Positions 15,001 through 27,894 of a stretch of DNA of 64,000 bases are shown here, piece by piece. The notes under the pieces are model-generated. The model saw nothing but the letters and a program-made list of their open reading frames with translations, ran no database searches and was not told where the DNA came from. Made by a program: the position numbers and the translations under genes. Position 1 is the first letter of the stretch; every line of letters starts with the position of its first letter. The stretch is taken from NCBI RefSeq assembly GCF_001949145.1, contig NW_019091357.1, forward strand, positions 2,890,859 to 2,954,858. Direction: 5' to 3'. This DNA is from Acanthaster planci (lineage: Eukaryota).

Positions 15001-15903
15001 TCAAAAATTAGCACTAACGATCTCTTGCCATTGCTGTGTGGTCAAATATGGGTCATCGGGCAGCTGCCCAAGGCACCTATACAAGAGATCAGCTCGGACA
15101 TGTTGTAGCTACACCCTTCGCAATTCTGCCTAGCAGCTGCAAGTAAGGATGATTACCCCCTCCCCCCCCGCCCCGATTTATTTGTCTGGATGGCATTTAC
15201 CATTCCACTTTCTTTCTGTCTCCAGAGTCAGGTTGGTTTTTGGATAAGATCATAGTGAGCAAATCTGGAGAAGAGTCTGGGGGAGTCACCTTCCCGTGCA
15301 ACAGGTGAGGATCAATTAAGTCTCTTCGATCTTCTGATTGTATGAATGGAGAAAAGCAGGATTCTTCAAAAGTGGCCCCGACACTGTAGCTCGCAAGCCT
15401 GAAGAAACCAACGCAGGGAAGATAATGAACCCAAGAGAAATATCGGACATGGCGCCGAAAAACCTCAAACCAAATTCCTGCCTGGATGAGATTGGAACCA
15501 AGGTCAAAAAGTCTTGTAGAGTTTTGGAATTGTCTTGTTTCCCCCGGTTGCATGCCGGAGATGTACGTACCTTCAACTTGTGCCGTTATTGGGTTTGGTT
15601 TTTGTTCTGCCCTTGCGTGCTGTAATCTTGCATCGCATACTCATTCCACTCTCCAGGTGGCTAGCCGCGGACAAGGGCGACAACGCCACGGAAGTTGAGC
15701 TGGACCCACTCCCGCTGAGCGAGGGTGCTGGGGATGGCGCAGGGGATGGCTCTGCGGATGCCCAAGCCGACGCGGGGCAGGAGGGAGAAGAGGCGAAGGC
15801 CGACCGAGCTCAAGACGACGAGGCAGAAGATGGCGAGGCACAGGAGAAAGATGATGACGGCAAGGCTCCAGAAGGACAAGACGAGAAGAAAGATGACCAG
15901 TGA
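17..15903 (+). CDS. LOXHD1: Lipoxygenase homology (PLAT/LH2) repeat protein, LOXHD1-like; 3' portion only (5' end upstream of window), 27 exons, 10 PLAT domains
   Basis: Exons, all AG..GT and phase-consistent: 17-180, 567-653, 1225-1357, 1831-1988, 2655-2880, 5607-5962, 6388-6483, 6946-7333, 7635-7786, 8133-8290, 8545-8794, 8927-9013, 9470-9602, 9800-9951, 10462-10693, 11260-11420, 11670-11756, 12013-12151, 12314-12471, 12689-12837, 13223-13341, 13591-13757, 14027-14113, 14218-14350, 14500-14733, 15226-15304, 15657-15903 (TGA). Repeated PLAT signatures, e.g. WKVIVQTSDLENAGTTSNVYLTVFGDSG, IRLEHDNSGDSPAWH, WYLDRVVV, FPCNRWL. Family is clear; orthology to LOXHD1 versus a paralog is not established. 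Confidence 0.88.
3925..3981. repeat. Hairpin with TAACCCTAA ends
   Basis: TAACCCTAACAGTCCTCAGTCCT pairs with AGGATTGAGGAGTGTTAGGGTTA (21/23) across an 11-nt loop. Confidence 0.7.
4741..5094 (+). repeat. Dispersed repeat, copy 1
   Basis: Shares GGCCTTGTAACAAAAGACC, GGGGACAAAAGCGCTCCA, GTTGCCTGTCAGATTAGAGTA and GTGTGGGTGTAA, in the same order, with 53557-53886. Confidence 0.8.
14862..15018 (+). mobile_element. Degenerate tRNA-derived SINE fragment in a PLAT-gene intron
   Basis: AGCACTCGCCTCTCACC..GGGTCCGATTCCC (decayed B box), followed by GAGGGTTTTTCTGCAGGTTCGCCGGTTTTCCTTCCTCCTCAAAAA, typical of invertebrate tRNA-SINE cores. Confidence 0.55.
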
Positions 15904-18900
15904 TTGCTAGCAGGGAAAGAGATGTTTAATTCACCGGAGGAGTTTAGCAGTTGCAAAGCTGATATTCTGGGCTGATCGCTTTATCACAATGGGTATAAAT
16001 GAGGTTTTTTAGATCGTGTAATTCTGTTGCCTCTTGAAAGCTCTTTCCATCCTCGTGTGAACGTCGCGTGAACAAAGTTGCACTTTAAAAAAGTGTGCAT
16101 TGGTGAACGTTAGTATTAAACTAAAATGAGAAGTGTAGAGTACGTCATCAAAAAACTCAAATTAACCTCCAAACAAGATGGTAGCAAATACAATTTGACA
16201 AGTTCTGAGAATTAATTTTGACTGTGTCCGTCTTCAGTGCTTTCATCAGGGGGCACCTTTGAAGTCTCTGCGAAATCTTTTACACAAACTTCGTTTGGAA
16301 AGAATTACTTTACCTCGACCGATGATGATTGTATGTGTGTTTGCTGTGAAAAAAAAATCACGTCTGATACGTAATGTTGCTTTTCTGAAAGCCAAGTTTT
16401 TCATTCTGATTTTGCATTGACATGTTGTTTTGGAGAGCACTGCCGTCCACGTATGAAATTCTCTGTGCAATATATCTGACTGTACTGCAGTTTTCAAGTA
16501 GCACTCGTATCTATGTGTAAGACGTTAGGTTCTGTTGTTGGGTCGGAAGGACTTGAGCAAATGACCGGTTTGCTTAACATAGAAGTTATAGCTGTGCAGG
16601 AAAATACTTATAGAGATGTATGCGTTATATTTATGAAAAACGAAAAATAAAAGTAAGTTTCTCAATTTTTTTTTTTTTTTTTGGGGGGGGAGAAGGGAAT
16701 CACATACTGTGCATTGGCATCTGAAAAAGACAAGGCAAGGAAGCAATCCTAATTTGTACCCCACATTTAAACCTCAGCGATCCTATCTTGTTACATTTTT
16801 AACCACACTGCATTTAAGCTTTTTATATTTAGTCAAGTTTTTAACTGTTTAATAAGAGATACGCAAGAAACGTTTGGCACCTACAGTCCAAATGAGTTCC
16901 TTCATCGTTCAGCAAAAATTACATGTATGTCCGACAAGAATTGGTCCCCATTAGCATGTTGTCGTCAGTTTATTGTCAGTCTGGACATTTGTATCTGAGC
17001 ACACACTTTTTTCAGATACTAAACTGGTGTTTGTGCAAGTTATAAATTTGTCCCTCCGTTGGATTCATCTGAACCTCCCTACATTTGTCAGAAATCCACA
17101 ATGTTCTACTTGGACAGATTCTGAAATGCCAAGCTCTAAAACTGAACATAAGAAATCCACAGCCCCGTTGTTGGTTGTTGGCTAAAGAATAGACCATTGG
17201 TCTCCTTGACAGCGGAGTATTTGGGAAGAGTCTAGAAGGCTTTTCATTACAAGTAATGAAGGGGTCAGAGTTCACCTCAATGCAGCTTGCTTTTCGAGTC
17301 GGCCCCACTGTGTACATGTATTCCCGCGTGACCTTGAAGGCTTTTAATTGCAGAGTTTTTTTTATATAATATCTCATTACTTTGTACAGAAAGTTTCCAG
17401 CCGCACTTTTTTGTAACGATTGATAGCATCAAGATATTGATAGCAATAGTACACATGTAGTAGTATTTCTTGAATATTCATCATGTATTCAGAGAATCTG
17501 AATGTGTGTACATGTGATGATATAGTTTTGATGTGCATATCAAAGAAGCATATTTTTAAGGATACTATTAGATGTTGGTATATTGTAAATAATGTTGGTT
17601 TTGAAGAAAGCGCCTCTATTATGTACAGATTATGTAAATTTGCGATGAGATTTCTTATATTTTGCCTTATTATGAGAAAGTATCATGGATATCGATCATA
17701 TATGCACATTTCAATCTTTAAATACCTGTTACAGATTTTCATTGAGTTTAATTTCTGCTCAGGTAGCAAAAAGTGAATTAACTGGGTTTTTTTTTAACTT
17801 TATAAAACTATAAGGACTGCAACAGCGAGGCTTTGGTTACCATCCGTATAAACAGGTATCACGCTCAAAGAAACACAGTGTTCGCATCAAGCTATCCAAT
17901 GGGCACATTGTACAGTGCCTATTTATTGCTCGTTTTTGCCGAGAGGCTGGTCATGTCTTGCAAGCATATCCCACCTTACAGAGCAATATCGCTTGTGCTG
18001 TGAAGTTTACTGTTAGCAGAATAAGTGTTGGTGTTATAATACATTGCTTGGTGTGTTTTATGTAGTTTTTAGGTTTTTTCCCCAATCCTCTGTGATCACA
18101 GGAAACTGAAATTTTTGTGCAATGAATGCTACCCGTTGATTGACAATCAAAACAAAGATGGACAGCAAACTTCAGTTTGTCATCTTTTGTTCATTGCTGG
18201 ATTTCACTGTCTGTCTGTTCTATCAACTGTACACTGTGCACATCCCAATAGTCGGGGAATAGTACATGGACTTCCTTTGAGGGGCATTTTGAGAAGGTTT
18301 GAGACTGTAGTTTACATGACTTTCATGACGGTAGATTCGCCCGTGTCTGAACTAAAAGGCACACCGAAACTGAATTTCCTGCGTCAGAATCCCCAAAGGG
18401 ATGGGATGCCTGTCCCTCTCCCTAAAAAGAAACTCTCAACATGAACTGACATTGAACAAGTGTAAAGGCAGCCATTCGTGATGGTAGCCATATTGGATTC
18501 CCAGGATGCATTGCTAACAATCTATAGTTTAGTGTTGGATGTTTGGTATAGAAACTGCCAAAGTCAGCAATGCTGGCTTTTGTGGTTAGACGTTGCCAGT
18601 TCTATTTATTAATGTCAGTTAAGACCTGCACATCTGGACTGATTAGAATTTCATCTTTTCCCAAGCAGAGAATGTTGCTGAACCAAATGTTCAATGCTCA
18701 GCAAGGTTCGCGGAGAACCTGTCAGTAGTATAAAGGCCATCACAGTTTGCCTGGTAACCGCTGTGCTCAGTACAGTTAATGTGCTTACACAGCACCTGTC
18801 CCACAGCTGTCAGCTTAATTCTGTTGCCATGAGCATCTTTTTCATTGCACCGTAGCTTTGTTTTATTGGAAATCCTGCAGAATTCAGGTTCAAAAGAGGG

Positions 18901-19439
18901 ACCTTGACACAGTCCCAAAGTCCCCAAAATTCAAGACAAACAGGAAGTGTAAGAAGGTAGACTGGCACCCTGCATGCACTGTAAGACCATTCAAGCACTA
19001 AAGCTACATGATCCAAATTCAGTAGATGTGTGTTGTACCTGGACTCCTTTGTTGCACTTTTGTGCTCTAGTCATTGCTACCAGACTACTGTGTAGCCAAG
19101 GTTTTCTTCCAGAATTCTAGTCCCGTGCTTCAAACACACATCAGTCTAGACATTCTCTGGCAAAGGATGTCAAACGACAGTTCAAACTTCACACTGGGCT
19201 GGTGGAACACCGAGGACTTCATATTTGCCTTGCGGCCATTTCTGGAGAGGATTTTCTGCTACAGAGTAAGTAAAGTTGTTTTGAAGGTCCTTTTGCACAC
19301 TTGGTCTCGGCCCGTGCGGAGTTTAATCTTTCAGTGGCTTGCCAGCATTTGGGGAACTCGCTTAGCGTAATGTAATTTAGTTAGCTGAAAATCCTTACAC
19401 TAATACACGACATACGCAAGGTGAATTTGTTGAATAAGC

Positions 19440-19445
19440 TTTATT
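19440..19445 (-). terminator. Candidate HADHB polyadenylation signal
   Basis: AATAAA on the minus strand, ~860 nt past the HADHB stop. Confidence 0.45.
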
Positions 19446-20306
19446 TTACAGCTTTCAAAAGTCATTCATACACCTGTTGCTCTGTACAGTGACTGCAGTC
19501 ATTCTAGTCGGTTTTCTTATTTCGTGACGAGTTCCACATGCCCTCCAATGAGACTTGATATTTCTTCAGTCCCACATACGTTATACACGATTCACAAACA
19601 CATCTATTTTGATAGGTAATGACAAAGATGTATGTAACTGAAAGGAAAAGAATATTGTGGTCACTCAACTGATGGAGTCAACAGTCCAGATGTCAGAAAC
19701 AATTCTTTAAAACGTGTCGATGACTAAAAATAAATGCGCACAGAAAGTAATTGTTGGCCCACTTCCGACGTTGGCTACGAGGTGTAATGATGATTTTAAT
19801 ATCCAAATGCATTTACATGAACAAATCAAATCGACGGGAATCACGCGGGCTATATTTTACGGCTAAATGTAAGATAGAAGCATATTTCAAACTGTGCATA
19901 CCACCCAAATTCCATTGCATTGATGCTGCAAGGCTACTGATTAAATAACGGCACATAAACCACTGAGGTCCTGAAAACCTTTCCTGGGCATTATTTTCTT
20001 CCGTTTGACGCAGTGACAGAATATGTCCGAGTGGCCTAATGTAATTTGGCATTATATACAAAGTTGAATTAATGGTTGCAATAGATTTCTTAAAACAAAA
20101 GCTTAGTTCGGGGACAATTTGGCCCATTCTGTACCCGAACTTTCACTTCAGTTTTCTTGGTACGCGGCTAACAAGGGATACTAACAAGAGAAAATTACAG
20201 AGCTACATATATCCGTGGATATGACACAGTGGATCACCTTTTCAATAGAAAAACAGGAAGGGGTGTTCGGAAACCCTGCATTGACGACACTTCTACTTGG
20301 GTGAAG

Positions 20307-23300
20307 TTACGATGGGTACTTTTCAACGATCATGGCATGGCCCTGCAGATGAAAAGAAGACATGACGAGTTGGCCAAGACAAGCTGTGAATGGCTCGGGA
20401 AAACAGTCCCTTCTGTACGGCGGGGGGGGGGGGATGTCAGGTTGGTGCAGTGGCTCATTCCTCGCCTTCAACCTCTGCGACCCGGGTTCGAATCCCGCCT
20501 AGGCCAGCATGTGGATCGGGTTTTCAGTCCCTGCCTGATTCCTTTTCCCTGGAATATTTATCTGGGGATTTCCTCCCACCTCTAGAAATGAACATTTCTT
20601 CATAGTCTTGTTAACTGTCGCTTCATCTTGTAATTGGCGCTAAATGCGCTGTTGAATGAACTTTAATAAATGAATACCAAAAATGTTGGTATTATCTGAC
20701 AAAGATGCAAGACTGGAGTTGCCAAGGAGTTGATAAAAGCATCGGGTTTGTCCTTTTTCCTCTCCAAAATGCTTTGCTTGTACAAAAGCATGACAACTGT
20801 AAAGTGCCTGATGGTTGTTTCCGGAATGCTCACCAGAAACGGCATGAAGGGACAACCTGCTGTATTCTTATGAGAGAGGATTAAACCCACAAAATTGCCC
20901 GGACCGTCGGTGTAAAACTGCCCTTAATTTAACCCCCGCTGTAGCTGCTTCATGCCCAGAGCCTGTGCAGCCTAAGACTAACGCCAACTTAGATACTTAC
21001 GTGTCCCCCTGCAGCGCACGCCGCGACCAGGGCGTACTGCCCGCCCTCCTTGTGGAGCCTGTTGGCCGCGGTGGTCACCAGGCGAACCCCCGTCGCAGCG
21101 AAGGGATGCCCGATGGCCAGCGATCCGCCCCAGGTGTTCAGCTTCTCGAATGGCGGTGCTCCAGGCTGGAGAGTAAGACAAGGCCGTCGAGACTGAGCTC
21201 AGTCACAATGCAGGTCTACATCACAATTGAGTACTCAGCGGCTATGGCTACTTGGACATGTCCTGTGACTCTATTTAGAGAGCATTTCAAGTCTCGGAAG
21301 GTCCCTGCTCCTTTTAAGAGCAGATCTTTTGCACTGATGTCATCCGTTTCCCACAACCCCTGATCTGGCATCTCTGACATACCCCATGGCATGCTAATGG
21401 CAAACATTGCAGCCATAGCCATTAGCCATGAACACCACTCTGGCCTGGCGTCAGAGTCTTCCATACTATACTGTGTTCAACACGCCAAATGCAACACAGC
21501 CACTTCACTTTCCTATTGTCCAACTGTACTTAATTGGCATCATCACAGACCCGTCAAAAATCCACGCTATTTCTCCAGCTATGCTTTATAGAGAACCGAA
21601 GTGTGACGTCATTTTGAACTGCAAAAGTGCAACCCAAACGAATGGCGTACGCATGCGTTGGTTCACACGCTGTGCCATTAAACACAATTGTGCGTGTGAC
21701 GTATTCACTTCGGTACTCTATAAATGGGCTGGTCGAAAACAGCCAGGTCACGTCTAGTAAGCACTATGACTACTCAATTTCGCTCACCAGGCTGACTGAA
21801 TTGGACCAATATGATTTCGGCATTCTCACCTTGCCCTTGCGGCCCATGTAGTTCTGGGCGAACCAGTCCGAGTCCAAGGCCTTCATGTTGGCCAAGATCT
21901 GGCCGGCAAACGCCTCGTGGTACTCGAACACGTCGATGTCGCTCAGCGACAGGCCCGCCTTCTCCAGAACCTTGGGTGTCCCATAGGCCGGCCTGGTGGC
22001 GGACAAACATCACATGAAACCACTTCTAGTAATTGTGCACAACATAGTGCAACGGCTTTCCTACAACTATTTCAGCAAGGCATTCATCCTGGTAACATTT
22101 TATAGAATGGCCGGTAAAAGTCAAGATTTGAAAAGATAGTCGTTTTCAGAGTGTGGCACTAGCATGCTTACCATGTATTTGTTTTCATTAAAAAAAAATT
22201 GATTGCAATTAGACGTTTGTAATTATAGCTTCATGTACCGTGGCGATTTCCAGAGCAACTTTCATGTGCTATTCCCATTTTGCATTATGCTTTGAGTACT
22301 GACCCAAGCAGAAGTTGGTCTTTCGGGTCCTGCGCCACGAAGACAAAGTCCCTGAGGTAAGCCTTGGGCTTGAGACCCATGGCCTTGGCCTTCTCTTCCG
22401 TCATCACCAGGCAGGCTGAGGCTCCATCGGTCTAGACGACAAGGGGAATGATCAAGATTGTCAGTACGGTCAGTTGATGACTGATGGGAGCAAGCAAGCC
22501 TGCTCGTTACTCCGGGACACCCATGGCCACTGCGTGAGTGGAGAGTGGCAATTACAGTCAAGCGTCCTGCTCAGGAACACCAACATCACAATCCCAATTT
22601 GGGCCCGGACGCACCGTTGCACACTGTAACAACTGTACCATGGGGCTGTCATTGCTATTGTAACAATCGTCCATCATGAAATACACACCAAAATTTGGGT
22701 TTGGTATGTGTCAATTCAAAATATGTGACAGATGAAATGGTTCTCAAAGATTTGTTTACTCACAAGGAACGATGCGTTAGCGGCCGTGACAGTGCCATGG
22801 GGCCGGATGAAGGCTGGCTTCAGCTTGGCCATCTGGTCCAACGTCGAGACCCGGATGCCGTTATCCCGTTCCACCACTTTGGTGGTGCCCGGCACCTGGT
22901 ACGTCAGTCGGTCGTCCAGCAGGCCCTCCTTGGTGGCCTTGTCGGCCAGGGTGTGGGAGCGCAGGCTGAACTCATCCTGACGGGAGACAAAACAAAAATT
23001 TCAATTGGCTTCCCCAATCTCCATCAAGACAGTTTCTCTCCCCGATGAATTTTGGCTGCATTCGCACCGGCACAGCTTTCCGTGGCGACAAAATTCTCGA
23101 GAGACTCGGCCCATCAGGAGACAGGAACAGAAACCCTTGTAGTGGCACTGCAACCAATGGCATGTGAGGAGCTGTGAGGCCGTTGCCTAACCTTAAACAT
23201 GAAATACAATTTCCAGTCTATCTGTCATTAAAGCCATGTCCGAATCAACTGGCTATGACCAGCGATAACGCACATGTCTATGGAAAAATGGCTAAAACCA

Positions 23301-26300
23301 CTACTAAGTGGGCTTTCATAGGTGCACGACTGTTCCTCGTCACAGCCATGTAAGTTGGACATAGCCCTGCTAGTTTGGACATAGCACCTTCTCAGGCTGT
23401 CTCCAAAATCTGTTGTCTAGAGCTAGGTATATTTCTTTGCTCCATTGGAGATAAGAAGAGATGCGTTGACAGTTGATGTAGCCCTAGCTCTGAGAAAATC
23501 CTTTTCCGGTGCAGCCTCGGTCTCAGCTGATCATTTTTTTTTCCCAAACCTCCACTTTGTCTCTGATTGTTACTTCATCGAGACCTTCGCAATCAATGTC
23601 AAACATTCAGTGCGTGACTTGAATGATATTTCTTCAAACCTTGGCCTCTAATTACATGATTCATGAGCCGGAAAGCTGACGCCCAAGTCAGGAATGAAGC
23701 TGAGATTTCAAACCTCCTACAAAATGACAATCACTCCTAATATCTACCTGTTCCCTTCGGGAGACATTGAAGGCAGCCGCAAGCCTGTCTCCGGAATGAC
23801 CCATGGTCTCGCTCGTCGAGAACTCGGCCACTGCCGGCAGCTAATGAAACAAACAACAGAGTGAATTGAAGGGGCCAATGAAATCAAGTCGAATCTACTG
23901 AATATATTTCATGCTGATATCTATCTGTGCCTTTGAATTCTAGGGAAGATCAGATAGCACGTTTCCAGGTGCTTGGCAGCCCAGCCACAAGGTCATTTTT
24001 GAGACCTTGCAGCTCCGATTTAGGGAAAGTTGTGGTCTCTGTTGATGACTAAATTTGCCGACTGACTGACTGAGCTGCTCTGATGTGCGCCCCTCGCTTG
24101 ACAGAGCAACAGAGAAATGCATTGACAATTTGAATCCATAACACGCATGCACAAAAGAAGTAAACAGTGAACGTTTCTTCAGAATTGGTGTTTGCCACGC
24201 ACGTGGCCCAACTTTTACCAAGGATTTAATTTTCAGATTAAACATGCATGTAGCATTGTGGCTTGTTAGTATATAACTGTACGAATTGGCGGGGTCAACA
24301 GTTCATCGGACCTGCACAAGGACTAACCTCTGGTGCAAAGGCCTTCATGCTCAGGTGCTTGGCAGCGAGTGACAGCTTGGCTCCGGCTGTCTTGGCCTGA
24401 GAACAAAGCAGGTGGGACAAATGAAACAGATTTAGAAATCTGAAAAGTTAAAGACGAGTGTCTTAGAAACGACGGCTGAATAGGTACCTTGTTCTGGGCC
24501 AGCATAAACTTGCGCATCTGTCTGCTATGGCGAATAGGAACGTCCGACATGAACTCCACACCGCCAGCAACAAAAGTATCACCCTGGTCCGAGTTGATCA
24601 TGCCAATGCCTGGAAGCAGAACGAGTGATCAGTTACATGAATGATGGAAGACGTCAATGGCAGCAAGCAATCTCTAAATGCGCTACCAGTCCACTCAGAT
24701 GTGGTGATAGCCACACTGGACAAGATGCAAGCTCCATCAACTGTGTAGAACGGAACGATGTAACAAAACCAGCATATAATGGTGCCTGTCCTGGACACGA
24801 GACCCTTCCACTCACCCGTGGCGATGGCCACGTTCGACGAGATGCAGGCCATGGTGACCGTGTGGCACGGAATCCGGTCGGAGAACCCAGCTCCCAGAGC
24901 TGCCTCCCGGGCGATGTTGCTGGTCTTGACTTCCTGGATGACAGTGCCGTAGATGATGTTGTCCACAGCATCTGGAGTAGGGAAAAGTTAACCAAATCAT
25001 CTCACAAACCGTTCAAATTCCTCATTTAAAAAAAAAACCACCATGTTGCCAGTCATTCATAACTAAACAACTATATTTCAATAAGAGGGTCAATGACTTC
25101 CTGATTCCAAAACAAAATTAACAGAACAAGACTAAAGTGAAGAGGCATATTTGCTACAAAGTTTCCTGTGTCGTTCGAAACCCCCTGCTGTGCAGAAAGC
25201 CAACGGCACAATCTTTGTACGCAACTATTCAAAGGTCATAGAGTCCCAAGGAAAGAAATAACTAAAACGGCTGAGCAACAGAACAATGTAAACTCCACCC
25301 TCTACATACTGATGAATTTTCCAGGATCTCAGAGGGTCTGGATCGACAGAATCTCCATAACACAGCCTAGCGACTGTAGCAAACCAAACTTTCGGGCTAA
25401 CAGTTAGAAAACACCCACCTCTTTGGATATTTGTCTTGTCCAGCAAGCCCCTGAGATACAAAAACAAAGATAACATTTAGCTATTTCTACCTTCATTTTA
25501 AGGCTCAGTACTGTCCAATTAAAGTCATTCATATCAATTCATCTGTACTTATGAAGCACAGAGACGCAATTACACTGTAATGCAAATTTATAAGAGACCA
25601 CTGCTCATAAATACTCACTGTAGAGATCCCCTTGCAAGGTCATGAGGCCACAGATCCTTGTATCTGTTGGAATTGTAAAAAAGCCAAAGTGAAGCCTGAA
25701 AGACTCTTAAAATGCTTCGGGGAAAAATTACAGCACATTGTGAACCTTACACCTGTCCGCTTGGCCCATGTGACTAAAGAGCGTTAAGGGAGATTTGATA
25801 CAGGTTTTGAAAGATGGCAGAAAAGAAAAAACCGGGTAAGCACAGCGGAATCCTTTAGGGTACTTTGGCAAGGAGCCCTGCGGAAAGCAACAACGCATCG
25901 CAGCTGTCAATGACAGAGGCTGGCCTAATTTACATGTACAGAATTCTAACAGGTCAACAATCCTCAAGGCAATATAGCCTCAGGGCCTGAGGTCGTCAAC
26001 CTCCACAGGGTCCAACGCCAGTATTCTTCAACTGGGCAATGTCTCTAAACAAGCAGTCGATGCTGCTGTTGACTACCCATTGTAACAGACCACTTCATTT
26101 TGTTAACGATGACCTACTCTGTGCCAGACATGAGGAATGGCGTCCTGACTCCTTCAATGAGAACGATGTTCTTTCTGCCTTCCTTGGCCAGGGTCTTCTT
26201 GCTCTTGGCAGCAACATCTCTGGAGGCCGAGGTACTCAAGGCCTGAACTCCACCTAAACCAAGCAAAGGAAAAAAAAGGTAAACCTTTAAAAGAAGCATC

Positions 26301-27451
26301 TTATTTGCCTGTTCTTAATCGTCTTCAGTTGCTATCTTTAAAGCAACATCCCTGTCAATTACTTGAAACGTTTACCACATACTTTGAGCACAAACAGCAC
26401 AAGGAATTGTATGCCATAGAGGCATACATGTACAACACTCTCCTTCAACTCAGAGAAGTCCCTTTGGATGGAGACAAAAATCAGTCCCCTAGACACGCTA
26501 AAAGAGAAAATGTCTCCTTGAAATGGGACTGTTATTATCACTTTTCCCCTTAGTTTTTGTTCAGGTAAGTTTACTTAGTTTGTTTTATGAGCTTTGTACC
26601 ATGTCACTAGATTTACAGCATGTTTCAGGACAGTCTACGTTTGCATGTGTACGTGTTGTGGTGTGCAACCTTTAGGATAGTGTTTCTGGGTCCTACATAC
26701 TGCAAGGCCGAAGGGGGATGCTATATTTGGCATCCGTCAAGGGCATGGCAGTGATGGGAATATTGCTGAGCTTTAGCAGGGGCTTGATCAGGGTGACTTT
26801 GTATTACTACGGCCTACATGTACATTACAACCAACAAACCACAAACCTTTCTTTATCATTCTCAAGGCCACTAAAGAAACATTAACAGTTCCTTCAGAAA
26901 AAGGCACAATTTTCCAGAGAAAATGCAGACATCATAATTCCTACAGTAGGGCCTAGTTCATATGTACATACCGGTACATACTACCCCCAGAACTGTGGGG
27001 TCCAACATCCGCCCCGCTACCATAGAAAATGAGCCTTTTACGCCGTAAGCTCTGCATGGCATTTAACAGGGCACGAACAGGGATTTTTTTAGCTGCCTAG
27101 CATGCCTAAGGCCTACTTCAGTCAAACAAAGATCATGATCGACATGATCATGTTATTTTTATGACTCCAACCAGTCGTGCCAGTGCACAAATATATAGGC
27201 CTATATCAAAAGTGTTCATGTAGGTCCTACAATTGCTTTATACATAAAATTAAACTGCTGTCTAGCGCAGTCATGGCAGTAAGATCTTGCGAATGGCCCA
27301 GGCCTAAGCTACTGTAAGTTAGTCATATCGCAATTGGTGAAGGCACATTTCCGTACTAGCCGACTTCTTTCTACTCACGTATTCCACCTGAAGATCCCAA
27401 AAGCTGGTACAAAGAGGACGTCCGACATCTCTGAAGTAGTTGTGTAGCCAT
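20307..27451 (-). CDS. HADHB: Mitochondrial trifunctional enzyme subunit beta (long-chain 3-ketoacyl-CoA thiolase), 476 aa, 13 coding exons
   Basis: Exons 5'->3': 27451-27379, 26253-26118, 25663-25619, 25450-25419, 24971-24816, 24609-24488, 24396-24328, 23840-23748, 22976-22764, 22431-22304, 21992-21830, 21165-21001, 20342-20307 (TAA); 1431 nt. Motifs [33 protein letters not shown] (catalytic Cys), [49 protein letters not shown]-terminus [13 protein letters not shown] resembles a mitochondrial transit peptide. Confidence 0.96.
20436..20676 (+). mobile_element. tRNA-derived SINE in the last intron of HADHB (antisense to it)
   Basis: Pol III A box TGGTGCAGTGG (20443-20453), B box GGTTCGAATCCC (20485-20496), a central GGGTTTT..TTTCCTCCCAC segment resembling V-type SINE cores, and an AATAAATGAATA tail. 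Confidence 0.7.
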
Positions 27452-27662
27452 GTTTGATGCCTTACATATGAAACAGATTTACAGGATGTAAAAGTACCCT
27501 TGATTCTCAGAAGTGCAGGGCAGTTACATGTACATGTACATGTATGAAAACTATGATGCACGTCAATCGAATCGGAACATTATGCGCGACGTCGATTAAT
27601 AATTAGACTTGTTCAATAGTCTGCTTTTCTTAATCGTGACGAGAAATTATTAATTTACTTAC

Positions 27663-27894
27663 TAATCTCAAATTGTTTCCAAGAAAAGTTTGGACAAAAT
27701 GCAATTTGTAATTTTTCTTTTAACAGAATGGAGGTTTGAGGGACTTGAAATAACGAAACGATTTTATCGTGCAGGAAATTTTAAACGGGAAAATGTGAAG
27801 TTTCCTGCCAACTGTACTCGTGCGTATTCATGCATGTTCGAAGATCGGCGGTCAAAGGTCAATCATCATTGACTGCATGCAGCGGCTAGCGAGT
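27663..27894. promoter_or_regulatory. Bidirectional promoter / 5'UTR region shared by HADHB (-) and HADHA (+)
   Basis: HADHA ATG at 27895 and HADHB ATG at 27451. A minus-strand GTAAGT donor at 27662 and an AG acceptor at ~27461 imply a non-coding HADHB exon 1 starting within this interval. The interval contains CAGGAAAT and TTTCCTG ETS-like sites and a DR1. Confidence 0.75.
27849..27861 (+). promoter_or_regulatory. DR1 nuclear-receptor response element (HNF4/PPAR:RXR/COUP-TF type)
   Basis: CGGTCA-A-AGGTCA, a 12/13 match to RGGTCAAAGGTCA, ending 34 nt before the HADHA ATG. Confidence 0.55.

Noticed and set aside
15904..20306. Additional gene between the PLAT gene and HADHB
   Set aside because: Only short AT-rich ORFs with no coherent exon chain; consistent with 3'UTRs and intergenic DNA.
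20443..20500. tRNA gene
   Set aside because: A and B boxes are present but I see no acceptor stem; the sequence continues into a SINE body.
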